Assembly (NCBI GenBank): GCA_046582655.1
Contig: JAYGDX010000069.1
Coordinates: 1-52,265 of the forward strand
DNA from: Candidatus Poribacteria bacterium
GTDB taxonomy: Bacteria; Poribacteria; WGA-4E; UBA9662
DNA: 52,265 nt
Reading direction: 5' to 3'
Notes under the pieces: model-generated
Databases searched by the model: none
The model's input: the letters and a program-made list of their open reading frames with translations, nothing else
What the model was told of the DNA's origin: nothing
Made by a program: the position numbers and the translations under genes
Shown: positions 9,907-20,824 of the stretch, piece by piece
Numbering within the stretch: position 1 is the first letter of the stretch
Layout: each line of letters starts with the position of its first letter

Positions 9907-12321
9907 CTAACCTGAAGTTGCTGCGAATTTTATACTGATCTGGACAAGGTCTGATTTTGGATCTTCAAGTTTGATTTGATATATAGGCGGATCCCAACTG
10001 AAACTGTAATTCGATTCATAGCAAGCTGTTTCAACAGGTAGATAGTCTTTCGGCACATGGATAGACAGCATACTATGCGGGCGTCGTTTCGTATCACAAA
10101 CAACAAGGAAACTTCGACTACGTTGATCCCACCCAGCAGAGAGGATTTCGCTGCCGCCTTGTGTGAAGTGCAGATCTGTTGCTAATAACTGCGGGTTTTT
10201 CTGTTCTTCACGAATACACAGTAATCTCGCACATCTTGGCGGTACATCCATTAACGTTACGCTTCCATTTACCGACCCAAGATACCTTTGATTCCAAAAT
10301 TCGTAGATAAGATAGCATTTTGATTTATCCAATCCAAGTGAGGAAAGATTAAACTGTATCTCCTCAGGTTGATCTTTCCAATTGAAGATACCAACGATAC
10401 TCCAAGAATCAAAAGAACCTTGAACAGGTTTTCCCCAAACACGCGGATGTATCTTCTCTAAGAGATCTATTGGCTTTGCTGATTGTTCTGTCAATGGAAA
10501 CAGTTTCTTCAGCAACTCTAACCGTGGTTCAGATATTTTGCTTAAATCATCACCAAGTTCAATAATACTGCTGCTTAGAGCCGTCAAAGTCGCAACGATA
10601 ATGGCTTCATTGAGCGGCTGATATTGCTCATCCACAGTTAGCGGCCCAAGCCCACCCATCCACGCAATACCATCAAATATGGAATTCGTAATAGCTCCGT
10701 TAATTAACTGTTTGGTTTCAGACCAGTCTTCCCAAACATACTTGGCAGTTTGTTTTTGCTGATTCAATAAAACCTGACTCTGATTGACAACTCCAATGCT
10801 TGGCGCGTACGGTACATTACAGGCAGTGAGCTCTACCCTACCAAAACTTTGTGAAACCCAACGTTTCAGCAGGTCAATTCCAAGCCGGTATAACTCAATG
10901 CTTGTCAAGGTTTTGTCGTGCCAAAAGAAACTACCTGAATTTTCAATTGGACCAATTAAATAAGCCAGCATATCTACCTTGAGGATGTCAATATTCCACT
11001 CCTCTATAACTGTTTTGATGTTTCGCTCAATCTCCTTTTGGGCATCTGGATGTGAAACATCAAACAACGCAACCTTTGTATCTGCATCATGCAGATGAAT
11101 CGCTGCTAAACGGCTTTGCCCATCGTGAAGGAAATACTCAGGATGAGCTTCGGCGATCTTAGAATCAGCAGCGACACAAAACGGCATAATTCCAAGACCG
11201 AACTTTAATCCTGTATCGTGAACATAGTCAATTAGGTACTGCATTCCTTTAGGAAACTGGTCGTCATCAATTTGATATGTTCCTAATTCCTTTTGCCACC
11301 CGTTTTCTAGTTGGATAAGTTGGATACCACCATCAGAGGCAGATCGAAAAAAACTGTTTCTCTTAATCAAGTCAGTGTGTTTCGTAACAGAATCGGATAA
11401 TGTCTGATCTGTAGTTCTCTCCGGATATATCCCCCAAGCCGAGAAGAAACGGTCTTGTTTCTTCACCTCCATTTCTTGAGCAATCATTTCTACATAAGTT
11501 TGATAGGACGAAGTTATCCCATCTATAAAATTAAGGTAGAAAGGCGAAAATTCGATTTCTGTTTTGGCTGCACACTCGTAGTTTTCACACTGGTGAAAGG
11601 CTGACCAACAATCAATTCCTTCTTCTGTCTGTTGAGTTGCTGTGTCTTGTCCGGTATAACTCATTTCAATCGAAGACCACCATTTTCTGGCATCAAGAAA
11701 ACCAAATACAATAGACTGCTTACTCTCTAGATCATAAATGCCACCATCATAGCAGAGATGGACGGAGTTGTCCTGATTCACGCTGAATCCACTGTAAACT
11801 TTCTGCACTCCGTGAGAAGTGTTGGAAGCGGTGTTTAGGTACACATGACAATTTTCGGGACTACTACCGAGATAAATACCACCCTTAGCCTGTTCCTGTG
11901 AAGACGAAACATTAATGACAGAAGCTTGTGCTAGATTGATCGGATCATCCCCGAAATTCTCAATTGACATACTAATTAATATGTATGGTTGGTTCTGGTA
12001 GCATTTTAAATGAAGGTGAATTCGAATTTCGTGTTGATCTGCTTCACAAGAAAATGTAACAGGCTGATACAAACCGAAGTTGTCTTTTTTCGCTGGATCC
12101 GCCGTGAACTCACGTTTAGAAGCGTTTAGTGAGGATAGAGTGACTCCATCTTGAAGTACGACATCCATGTGAGCATTTCTGATTATCTCAAACATTTTCT
12201 GATTTGCGTAGCTCCATGTTCCCTGTGATAAGTTGAACGAAACCTGACAAAATTCATTTTGGATCTTTACAATATCTCCTTCTCGTATCAATACTAAATT
12301 ACTGTTTGATGAGCTTCTCAT
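9907..12321 (-). CDS. Glycoside hydrolase family 36 (alpha-galactosidase)-like protein, possibly inactive
   Basis: QLENGWQ, FPKGM, GLKFGL, DVSHPDA, LKVD, C-terminal GIFNW...YEFW, and QLLATDLHFTQG. Confidence 0.75.
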   Translation of the reverse strand: MRSSSNSNLVLIREGDIVKIQNEFCQVSFNLSQGTWSYANQKMFEIIRNAHMDVVLQDGVTLSSLNASKREFTADPAKKDNFGLYQPVTFSCEADQHEIRIHLHLKCYQNQPYILISMSIENFGDDPINLAQASVINVSSSQEQAKGGIYLGSSPENCHVYLNTASNTSHGVQKVYSGFSVNQDNSVHLCYDGGIYDLESKQSIVFGFLDARKWWSSIEMSYTGQDTATQQTEEGIDCWSAFHQCENYECAAKTEIEFSPFYLNFIDGITSSYQTYVEMIAQEMEVKKQDRFFSAWGIYPERTTDQTLSDSVTKHTDLIKRNSFFRSASDGGIQLIQLENGWQKELGTYQIDDDQFPKGMQYLIDYVHDTGLKFGLGIMPFCVAADSKIAEAHPEYFLHDGQSRLAAIHLHDADTKVALFDVSHPDAQKEIERNIKTVIEEWNIDILKVDMLAYLIGPIENSGSFFWHDKTLTSIELYRLGIDLLKRWVSQSFGRVELTACNVPYAPSIGVVNQSQVLLNQQKQTAKYVWEDWSETKQLINGAITNSIFDGIAWMGGLGPLTVDEQYQPLNEAIIVATLTALSSSIIELGDDLSKISEPRLELLKKLFPLTEQSAKPIDLLEKIHPRVWGKPVQGSFDSWSIVGIFNWKDQPEEIQFNLSSLGLDKSKCYLIYEFWNQRYLGSVNGSVTLMDVPPRCARLLCIREEQKNPQLLATDLHFTQGGSEILSAGWDQRSRSFLVVCDTKRRPHSMLSIHVPKDYLPVETACYESNYSFSWDPPIYQIKLEDPKSDLVQISIKFAATSG

Positions 12322-12448
12322 ATATGTTCCTTTTGTATTCTTCTACTAAGCAATTTTACAGTCTTTCCTTTCAGCAGATATTCATCAAATGATTACAAAT
12401 TTCAACGAATGCGTTACTATATTATACTTTGCAGTACCTTCTCATTCT

Positions 12449-12963
12449 TCAGTCACCTCTCACCTTGGCGAAGATCAAACGATCACGCAATTCTCCAGAA
12501 TTAGATCTGATATCATTTTTTAGTGTTGCCTCAAGACAAAACCCAAGCTTACGAGGGATTTTTTGACTTCTCACATTCTTTGAATCGCAACAGATTTCAA
12601 TTCGCTTGGCATTCAGTTGATGAAACCCAAATTCTGTAATTGCTACCGTTGATTCAGTAATATACCCTTGGTTCTGAAACTTCTTCCTACACCAATACCC
12701 CTATCTCGAATTTTGGTCCCTTTGAGAGAAAGCAAAAAAACAAGATCCTTTCTCCCCAAAAAGGCAGAGTGCTTATTCTTAACAAACTTTCTGGTTTTGC
12801 TAATATCCGGTAATTCCTCTGCCCAAGGCATCCAAGTATTAAGGTCATCGAATGTTTCACAAATAGCTGTATGCAATTCTTCATCATCACGCGGCTTAGG
12901 CGATCTGACAACTAACCTTTCCGATTCCAGAAGATCAGGAAACTCAATTAAAGCTGGATTCAT
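12449..12963 (-). pseudogene. RimJ/RimL-type GNAT acetyltransferase with internal deletion and frameshift
   Basis: N-part ESERLVVR...WMPWA. The C-part YWCRKKFQNQGYITE...KRIEICCDSKNVRSQKIPRKLGF...LIFAKVRGD* lies in another frame, with PKFEIG in a third. Confidence 0.85.
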
Positions 12964-13079
12964 ATGCTCCGCCAGTTAAATTGGAACTAGTTGGCTTGAC
13001 AAATGCTAGATAGATATTATGTTTTACACATTTAGCGTTATCATTATTTTAATTTTATGATTAACAAGGTTGGCAGAGA

Positions 13080-13943
13080 TCAATTCCTAATGTGTACGAA
13101 ACGCAGTTGCCTTCGTAGGATACAGATGCACGTCACTATGATAGTCACCAAAATTGCAGCAGACCAAACCCATGGTTTTTTAGGTTCTGGTGTCAGGCCA
13201 AACAATTGCGTGCCTAGGATATCAAAATTTTCCCAGATTGAGATAATTGCCGTTTGCCGGTTGCGTGTGATCTTCTCAATAATTTCTTGAAGTATTGGAG
13301 TGCCAAGAAGAACAGAAATAAACCACATCGCGGCGTAACGCGCGTTCGTTGTCAGGGATGAAAATGTTATAATTAATAAACTTAACGGGAAAATAATAAT
13401 CAACGAATAAAGCAGAATAGATCCAACAATCCAGTAATTCTTCATGATAAATTTTAGATCACTGCTGAGCAAGATATGTTCAATAAAAAGTAGCAAACAA
13501 GGGATACCCGTAATCATTAGCAGTAAAACAATTATGACAGAAATCTTCCCTATCAGATAATCAGTCCAGAATATTGGTTTCGAAAGGTAAATCGATAAAG
13601 CATTATACCGCAGGTCTTTCGATATTAAGTTTGCTCCGGAAAATACACCGATTAAGGCAATGAAGAACCCCGGCAAGATTGGATTTCGCATGAGAAATTG
13701 CTTGAAGAATTTTGGATCGATTTTCAACAAAACGGTTGATTCAGGAAAGTAGTTTGCCAAGTAAACCAAAACACCGTGAATAACCAGATAAATCAAAGGT
13801 GGGATAGCAACAATAAAACGAACAAACTTCCGTTGAGCCAATAGTTCCAACTCAGTTCTGGCAATAACTATCCAGCAGTTTACATGACCTGATTTGAATT
13901 GCCCATTCCAATGTTGGTAACTTCGATCATGAATAAGCATCAA
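13080..13943 (-). CDS. ABC-2 type transporter permease subunit
   Basis: Several hydrophobic segments; GANLISKDLRYNALSIYLSKPI...DYLIGK signature. Confidence 0.8.
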   Translation of the reverse strand: MMLIHDRSYQHWNGQFKSGHVNCWIVIARTELELLAQRKFVRFIVAIPPLIYLVIHGVLVYLANYFPESTVLLKIDPKFFKQFLMRNPILPGFFIALIGVFSGANLISKDLRYNALSIYLSKPIFWTDYLIGKISVIIVLLLMITGIPCLLLFIEHILLSSDLKFIMKNYWIVGSILLYSLIIIFPLSLLIITFSSLTTNARYAAMWFISVLLGTPILQEIIEKITRNRQTAIISIWENFDILGTQLFGLTPEPKKPWVWSAAILVTIIVTCICILRRQLRFVHIRN

Positions 13944-13950
13944 AAAGAGT

Positions 13951-14967
13951 TTAAGGAAACAATTCCTGTAACTGTTTTAATAGCTTCATATTGTATTGTC
14001 CACCAAGCTCCTGAGTTTTGATCTTACAGGCGCGCCAATTTTCAAAAGTCTGTCCATGTTCACATCCTAATAGCTCTATCCGCATTTCTTCCAGTGCACG
14101 CAAATTGATAATCTCAAGAGTGACATTTGGGAAAATAGCGTGAATGTCTTCTTCAAGGTAGCAATCAAACAAAACTTCAATCTGATTCCAGAAAATTTTG
14201 TCCTTTTTTTGATTGATTTCATCGACTGAGACAATTTTCGGTGATTGATCCATAGTTCGAATCCGAACACGTTTTGGTGGAGTGAAGGTTGAAGTCTTGG
14301 ATGAAACCTGCCGTTCCGAATCATAACCGGAGAGAATTTCTTCAATTAATTGCGCCATTAATCGATATGATTTATTCTTTACCTCTTCGGCTTGGTCTAC
14401 CTTCCATTCGGCCTCCTGATATTTAATACAGCCTTCAATATTTCGAATCTCATCGTAGAGAACTTGAAGGAAATGATTAACATCCAAAACGTAAACAGCA
14501 GGTTTCAAATTCGACGGGCGGTGGAAATCGGGAACCTGAGTAAAAAACTCGTTATAACATGTAATCTTCTCAAGGTCCTGATCTTTACTGGATGTCAGTC
14601 GAAAAGCCAAATAAGCTTCACCACGCACTTTGAGGAACTGACCGAATTGGCAGTCAGAAGTAACAGTATAGGGTAACAGATTTTTAGGACGCTGTGGTTC
14701 GCAAGAAACGAGTTGTTTTTTTGTGCTATCTAGAAGGGGGGATTTATCGTCGACTGTGCCATAAGGCACATGAGTGGCAGAATTTTGCTCCTGCTTCCTC
14801 TGAATCTCAAGCAAGTTCAAACCCGCGACCATTAAGTCGATCTCTTTTTCCTCCAGCTCAATCTTTTCCAGAACTTCACTACACGTTTCGTTTATTATTT
14901 CCTTTATCTGCTGAACCAATCCTTGCATTGCCACACACCAAGCCAAATTTATAGATCGCGAAATCAA
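13951..14967 (-). CDS. Hypothetical protein (coiled-coil-rich N-terminus)
   Basis: 338-aa ORF overlapping the upstream gene by 4 nt and 7 nt from the permease; no family recognised. Confidence 0.7.
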   Translation of the reverse strand: MISRSINLAWCVAMQGLVQQIKEIINETCSEVLEKIELEEKEIDLMVAGLNLLEIQRKQEQNSATHVPYGTVDDKSPLLDSTKKQLVSCEPQRPKNLLPYTVTSDCQFGQFLKVRGEAYLAFRLTSSKDQDLEKITCYNEFFTQVPDFHRPSNLKPAVYVLDVNHFLQVLYDEIRNIEGCIKYQEAEWKVDQAEEVKNKSYRLMAQLIEEILSGYDSERQVSSKTSTFTPPKRVRIRTMDQSPKIVSVDEINQKKDKIFWNQIEVLFDCYLEEDIHAIFPNVTLEIINLRALEEMRIELLGCEHGQTFENWRACKIKTQELGGQYNMKLLKQLQELFP

Positions 14968-15464
14968 TAGTACATTCTTATTCTCTGAATTGTGTCCGAG
15001 AAAGGCCCTTGCTTATCTGTCTCTATAGTCACTGTAATCTTACCAATGTCGGCATCCCGAGCCGGATCTTCCTGAATGAGTCTAATTGGAATTTCGCCCG
15101 TCATTAACCTGATATTGGAACCAATTGCGTGTGACCAATGAAGGTTCTGTAGTTCGCCACTATAAACTATTATGTTAGCCTCACTTTCTCGATATGAGTA
15201 CAGATCCACTTGGGTTATAAACTTTGAGATGGGTAGTGCGTTCGCACCAATACCAGGTGATAAAATGCTATTGTTCCACATCAAAGGATTACCATGCGAA
15301 TCCACCAAGATAATCCGAATTTCTATACGACCCAAACGGCGCTCTGATTCTATGCGAATACCTGCGAAATTGTCAATCTCGCCAGCCCCGCATCCCCAAA
15401 AAGATCCAACGCAAATAAGGTAAAACAGCCCGTCAAGCTTAATTTTATCTAAGCAAAACCTCAC
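14964..15464 (-). CDS. Hypothetical putative lipoprotein
   Basis: Hydrophobic stretch ending FWGC; promoter immediately upstream. Confidence 0.65.
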   Translation of the reverse strand: MRFCLDKIKLDGLFYLICVGSFWGCGAGEIDNFAGIRIESERRLGRIEIRIILVDSHGNPLMWNNSILSPGIGANALPISKFITQVDLYSYRESEANIIVYSGELQNLHWSHAIGSNIRLMTGEIPIRLIQEDPARDADIGKITVTIETDKQGPFSDTIQRIRMYY

Positions 15465-15497
15465 AATATTCCTATATTCCTGAACAGCTCTCGAAAA

Positions 15498-15526
15498 ATA
15501 CTATCACTTTTAACCAATGATGTCAA
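15498..15526 (-). promoter_or_regulatory. sigma70-type promoter for the lipoprotein-hypothetical-permease operon
   Basis: Minus strand TTGACA-N17-TAGTAT with extended TG. Confidence 0.6.
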
Positions 15527-15584
15527 CGTCAAACAAAATCACTAAATTTCTGGTTATATCAAAATGCAGATGATACTATTATGA

Positions 15585-16865
<1,281 letters not shown>

Positions 16866-16891
16866 AAACAAATAGCAAATAGCTTGTTAAC

Positions 16892-18685
16892 CTAAAAATC
16901 AATATCTGCTTCAGCTAGAATCCGTTCAACGGCAACATTTAAATCTACGGTGCCAATATCACCTTCTTCCCGTACGCGTATGGAAACAGTCCGATTCTCA
17001 ACTTCACGCTCCCCTATAATAAGCATGTAAGGCACCTGTTGCAATCTAGCTTCACGAATCTTAGCGCCAATTTTATCATCCCGGCTATCCAATTCCGCAC
17101 GAATCTGCTGAGATTTCAGTAGACTATGCACCTCTTTTGCATATTTAGTGAAACGCTCACTGATTGTCATGACAACGCACTGTACCGGAGCAAGCCAAGT
17201 TGGGAAAGCACCTGCGTAGTGTTCAATGATGATGCCAATGAATCGCTCAAAACTACCATAAAGCGCGCGATGAATCACAACTGGCCGTTCCATATTACCG
17301 CTGGCGGATGCGTATGTTAGATCAAAACGTTCTGGTAATTGAAAATCCAGTTGAACCGTTGCACACTGAAACTCGCGATTGAGAGAGTCTTTAACGTAAA
17401 AGTCGAGTTTAGGACCGTAAAATGCAGCATCGGCCGGATTGATCTCGAAGTCAAGGTCATTGTTTTTAAGCACACTTTCGAGTGCACTCTCTGCCTTGTT
17501 CCAGACGGCAGTGTTACCTATAAAATGATCTGGATTGCGTGTACTAAGAACACTTCGGAATGGTAAATCAAAGGTCTTGTAGATTCGCCGGATTAGGTCA
17601 ATGATTCGATTGTGTTCTTCTTCAATCTGTTCTGGCATCACAAAATTATGAGCGTCATCTTGGCAGAACTGGCGAACACGTGTCAACCCGCTCAAAGCAC
17701 CCGTAACCTCATTCCGGTGTAAGACACCTTGATCATATAATCGATAAGGTAAGTCCCTATAACTGCGACGTTTGCTTTTGAAGATTAACATATGAGCTGG
17801 GCAGTTCATCGGCTTGAGGCCACTCGATGGGTCACCTATTTCATTTGGGAAGGTAAACATGTCGTTACGGAAATGCTCCCAGTGACCGGATGTTTCCCAC
17901 AACGATTTGTCGTAGATCAGTGGTGTGCGAACTTCATGGTAACCTTCATCCTGATAGAGTTTTCGTGCTTTTTCGGCAAGCTTATTATAGATAATGGTTC
18001 CTTTTGGCAACCAGAAGATGGAGCCAGCCGATTCTGGATGTGTTTGAAAGAGATCCAGTTTCTTTCCCAGTCGACGGTGATCGCGCTTCTCGGCTTCTTC
18101 AAGCATTCGCAGATAACTATGTAACTCATCCTTAGTTGGCCAAGCTGTACCATAGACCCTCTGTAATTGCTCTCTGGTTTGATCCGCACGCCAGTAAGCC
18201 CCAGAAACCCGAAGTAATTTGAAATGCCGACATTCGCGCGTTTTTTCGACATGCGGTCCCTTGCATAAATCGGTAAAGTCACCAGAATGGTAAACCGAGA
18301 CATTATCACCTGAAACACCTTCACTTGCCGAATTAGCGTCCTGATTAGAAAGTCCATCAATCAATTCTAACTTGAACTTCTGGTTACGTTCACCAAACCA
18401 TTCGCGTGCCTGATCAAAGGTCCAATCTTCCTGTAGAAAAGGTTCATTTGCCTTGATTAGGGTTTTCATATGTTTTTCAATTTCTGGAAAATCATCAGGT
18501 GTGATTGGACGTGGTACTTCCATATCATAATAAAATTCATTGTCAATTGGTGGGCCGATGGCAAGTTTGATAGTCTTCTCGCCGTCATCAAATAGTTGCT
18601 GGACAGCATACGCCATGATATGGGCTGTTGAGTGTCTTATCCGATAGAGATATTCTTCCTTTTCAGGTAAAACTTGAGTGCTCAT
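16892..18685 (-). CDS. thrS: Threonine--tRNA ligase (short form without N-terminal TGS domain)
   Basis: RHSTAH, DLCKGPH, RDHRRLG, KPMNCP, QDDAH, AAFYGPKLD, HRALYGSFERF. Start taken at ATG 18685. Confidence 0.96.
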   Translation of the reverse strand: MSTQVLPEKEEYLYRIRHSTAHIMAYAVQQLFDDGEKTIKLAIGPPIDNEFYYDMEVPRPITPDDFPEIEKHMKTLIKANEPFLQEDWTFDQAREWFGERNQKFKLELIDGLSNQDANSASEGVSGDNVSVYHSGDFTDLCKGPHVEKTRECRHFKLLRVSGAYWRADQTREQLQRVYGTAWPTKDELHSYLRMLEEAEKRDHRRLGKKLDLFQTHPESAGSIFWLPKGTIIYNKLAEKARKLYQDEGYHEVRTPLIYDKSLWETSGHWEHFRNDMFTFPNEIGDPSSGLKPMNCPAHMLIFKSKRRSYRDLPYRLYDQGVLHRNEVTGALSGLTRVRQFCQDDAHNFVMPEQIEEEHNRIIDLIRRIYKTFDLPFRSVLSTRNPDHFIGNTAVWNKAESALESVLKNNDLDFEINPADAAFYGPKLDFYVKDSLNREFQCATVQLDFQLPERFDLTYASASGNMERPVVIHRALYGSFERFIGIIIEHYAGAFPTWLAPVQCVVMTISERFTKYAKEVHSLLKSQQIRAELDSRDDKIGAKIREARLQQVPYMLIIGEREVENRTVSIRVREEGDIGTVDLNVAVERILAEADIDF

Positions 18686-18769
18686 CGTTGTATGCGTCCT
18701 TATCACAAGTGCTGACAAACACAAGAAATAAAAAAAGAGAGCATCCCAGCTCTCTTAAGAATGATACGA

Positions 18770-18843
18770 TGGGCGGTACGGGATTCGAACCTGTGACCCC
18801 TTGCGTGTCGAGCAAGTACTCTAACCAACTGAGCTAACCGCCC
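18770..18843 (-). tRNA. tRNA-Val(GAC)
   Basis: Cloverleaf GGGCGGT...ACCGCCC-A; anticodon arm CTTGC-TC-GAC-AC-GCAAG; T-loop GTTCGAATC. Confidence 0.95.
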
Positions 18844-18859
18844 TTAAGTCTTGGTGACA

Positions 18860-18934
18860 TGGAGGTGGCGGTCGGAATCGAACCGACGTATAGAAGTTTT
18901 GCAGACTTCCGCCTTACCGCTTGGCTACGCCACC
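18860..18934 (-). tRNA. tRNA-Cys(GCA)
   Basis: GGTGGCG...CGCCACC-TCCA; anticodon arm GAAGT-CT-GCA-AA-ACTTC; encoded CCA. Confidence 0.95.
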
Positions 18935-18939
18935 CAAAA

Positions 18940-19011
18940 AGCGGGAAACGAGATTTGAACTCGCGACATTCACCTTGGCAAGGTGACACTCTACCACTGA
19001 GCTATTCCCGC
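18940..19011 (-). tRNA. tRNA-Gly(GCC)
   Basis: GCGGGAA...TTCCCGC-T; anticodon arm TCACC-TT-GCC-AA-GGTGA; T-loop GTTCAAATC. Confidence 0.95.
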
Positions 19012-19028
19012 AGAAACTAACGGGTTAA

Positions 19029-19057
19029 ATTCTATCAATCTAAAACCAATTTGTCAA
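19029..19057 (-). promoter_or_regulatory. sigma70 promoter of the tRNA Gly-Cys-Val cluster
   Basis: TTGACA-N17-TAGAAT with extended TG, 17 nt upstream of tRNA-Gly. Confidence 0.8.
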
Positions 19058-19230
19058 TAAAAAACCGCTTCTTACCTAATTAGTGTTTATCAGCAATAAT
19101 TTCGCGACCACTAGCGATTATTTTTAATCGAAGTCACCTTTCAAATCACTTCTACTAGAATTACTGAACCAGAATATTAGTATACCAAGATCTACAAACT
19201 GTTCTTATTTTAATTTATATTCTCTTCAAA

Positions 19231-19668
19231 TTATTTGAGTTTAATAATTCCTGTCCAGCGAAAAAAAAACGATTTTTTAACCTGAATTGTATTTTGCTTG
19301 TAGTTTAATGCTTGAGACACCGATTTTAACATTTGTGGGAGATTTATAGGTTTTGCAATAAACGTGTATGCTCCAGCTTCAAAAGCTTCTAGTTTGACAT
19401 TCGAACTCCGATTCGCACTCATGATGATTGCTGACAAGTTCGGATAGATTTGTCGTATTTGCTGGATTAGTTCTGGTCCCGTTGTATCGGGTAGATCATA
19501 GTCGGAAATCACCAGCGAAATCACACCTCTATGAATGATTTGAATTGCATCATATCCATTTTCAGCACAGGCAACTTCATAGCCACCACGGCTTAGAACC
19601 TCATATAATACCTCGAGTGACTCAACATCATCATCAATAAGTAAGATTTTCCCACTGTGTACAATCAT
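19231..19668 (-). CDS. Single-domain response regulator (receiver) with a short basic tail
   Basis: KILLIDDD, LVISDYDLP (phosphoacceptor Asp), IIMSA, GAYTFIAKP. Start taken at ATG 19668. Confidence 0.9.
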   Translation of the reverse strand: MIVHSGKILLIDDDVESLEVLYEVLSRGGYEVACAENGYDAIQIIHRGVISLVISDYDLPDTTGPELIQQIRQIYPNLSAIIMSANRSSNVKLEAFEAGAYTFIAKPINLPQMLKSVSQALNYKQNTIQVKKSFFFRWTGIIKLK

Positions 19669-19699
19669 AGTGACGTGATTTTGTGTTTTTTTAGTGTGT

Positions 19700-19716
19700 A
19701 GCAATATACATGCCAA
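19700..19716 (-). promoter_or_regulatory. sigma54 (-24/-12) promoter
   Basis: TTGGCATGTATATTGCT = GG-N10-GC consensus, about 30 nt upstream of the receiver gene. Confidence 0.65.
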
Positions 19717-19920
19717 TTAAAATTGGATTATTATAGCCTTTAGTTAGCAGCTTGTTAAAGGCTACTGACGCAACAAGATGCCATATTGACATAAAACACG
19801 AAATCTTACCTGCCAATGTGACGTGTGAAATACAAAACAGCACAGATTGCCTGATCTAAGTCAGTTACAAAATCCAGATTTGGCTTTCAGTCGACCAGAA
19901 AATTAGCTCCTCATAATACG

Positions 19921-19950
19921 CGGAAAAGTAGGAAAACGCCTGTTTTTCCG
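19921..19950 (-). terminator. Possible terminator hairpin after trpA
   Basis: Imperfect inverted repeat CGGAAAAGTAGG...CCTGTTTTTCCG about 50 nt downstream of trpA. Confidence 0.4.
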
Positions 19951-19999
19951 GTCGTTCTCTATATTTTTTAAGCGGTGGATTACTTAGGTTAAACGAGTG

Positions 20000-20824
20000 C
20001 TAAGGGACAGTAATTTCTTTAACACTTTTTGCAAGACCTTCAGCAAATCTTTTCACATTCAACAGCATCGCCGACTCATCATCCAGATTTTCCTCGATGA
20101 CCTTTACAATTGCACTTCCAACGATGACACCATCAGCAATCTGTGCCACTCGTTTCGCTTGATCTGGTGTTGAAACACCGAAGCCAACACAAATTGGTTT
20201 TCCTGTATGTTTCCGAATTTCTGTGACCATTGATCTAACCTCGTCTGAGATGACATTACGTACTCCCGTTACACCCGTTACCGAGACGCAATAAATAAAT
20301 CCTTTACTAAGTTCGGCAATCCTGACAATTCGGTTAGAAGTACTTGTCGGCGCAACGAGGAAAATTGTCGCTAGATCACAATCGGAGACAGCTTCAAGTA
20401 AAGCCTCAGCTTCCTCCGGAGGCAGGTCCACGATAATTACGCCATCAGCACCGACCTCCATAGCTCGCTGACAAAACCCCTCAACACCCATTTGGAAGAT
20501 AGGATTGTAATATCCCATTAATGTAATTGGAATGTCTGTCTCGCTTCTAAGGTCCGACACCAAATTAAGAATTTGATCAAGCGAAGTTCCGTGATAAAGC
20601 GATCTTTCACTTGCTTTCTGTATAGTTGGTCCATCAGCGACTGGATCGGAGAAAGGGATACCGAATTCGATTAGATCCGCCCCTGCTTTTTCAAGTGTCA
20701 GCAACAGTTTGCGACTCAGGTCAAGGGTCGGATCGCCTGCACATATATAAGGCATGAATGCTTTTTTTTTATTATTTTGCAGTTCTTTAAATTTGGCTTC
20801 AATTCTATTCAAGCTTAACCTCAC
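20000..20824 (-). CDS. trpA: Tryptophan synthase alpha subunit
   Basis: [42 protein letters not shown]. Confidence 0.97.
   Translation of the reverse strand: MRLSLNRIEAKFKELQNNKKKAFMPYICAGDPTLDLSRKLLLTLEKAGADLIEFGIPFSDPVADGPTIQKASERSLYHGTSLDQILNLVSDLRSETDIPITLMGYYNPIFQMGVEGFCQRAMEVGADGVIIVDLPPEEAEALLEAVSDCDLATIFLVAPTSTSNRIVRIAELSKGFIYCVSVTGVTGVRNVISDEVRSMVTEIRKHTGKPICVGFGVSTPDQAKRVAQIADGVIVGSAIVKVIEENLDDESAMLLNVKRFAEGLAKSVKEITVP

Noticed and set aside
18770..19011. tRNA cluster as an integration hotspot
   Set aside because: No duplicated tRNA 3' end or integrase seen; flanks are housekeeping/regulatory genes.
19770..19784. Second sigma54-like element TGGCATCTTGTTGC
   Set aside because: GG-GC spacing is 9 nt, not the required 10.
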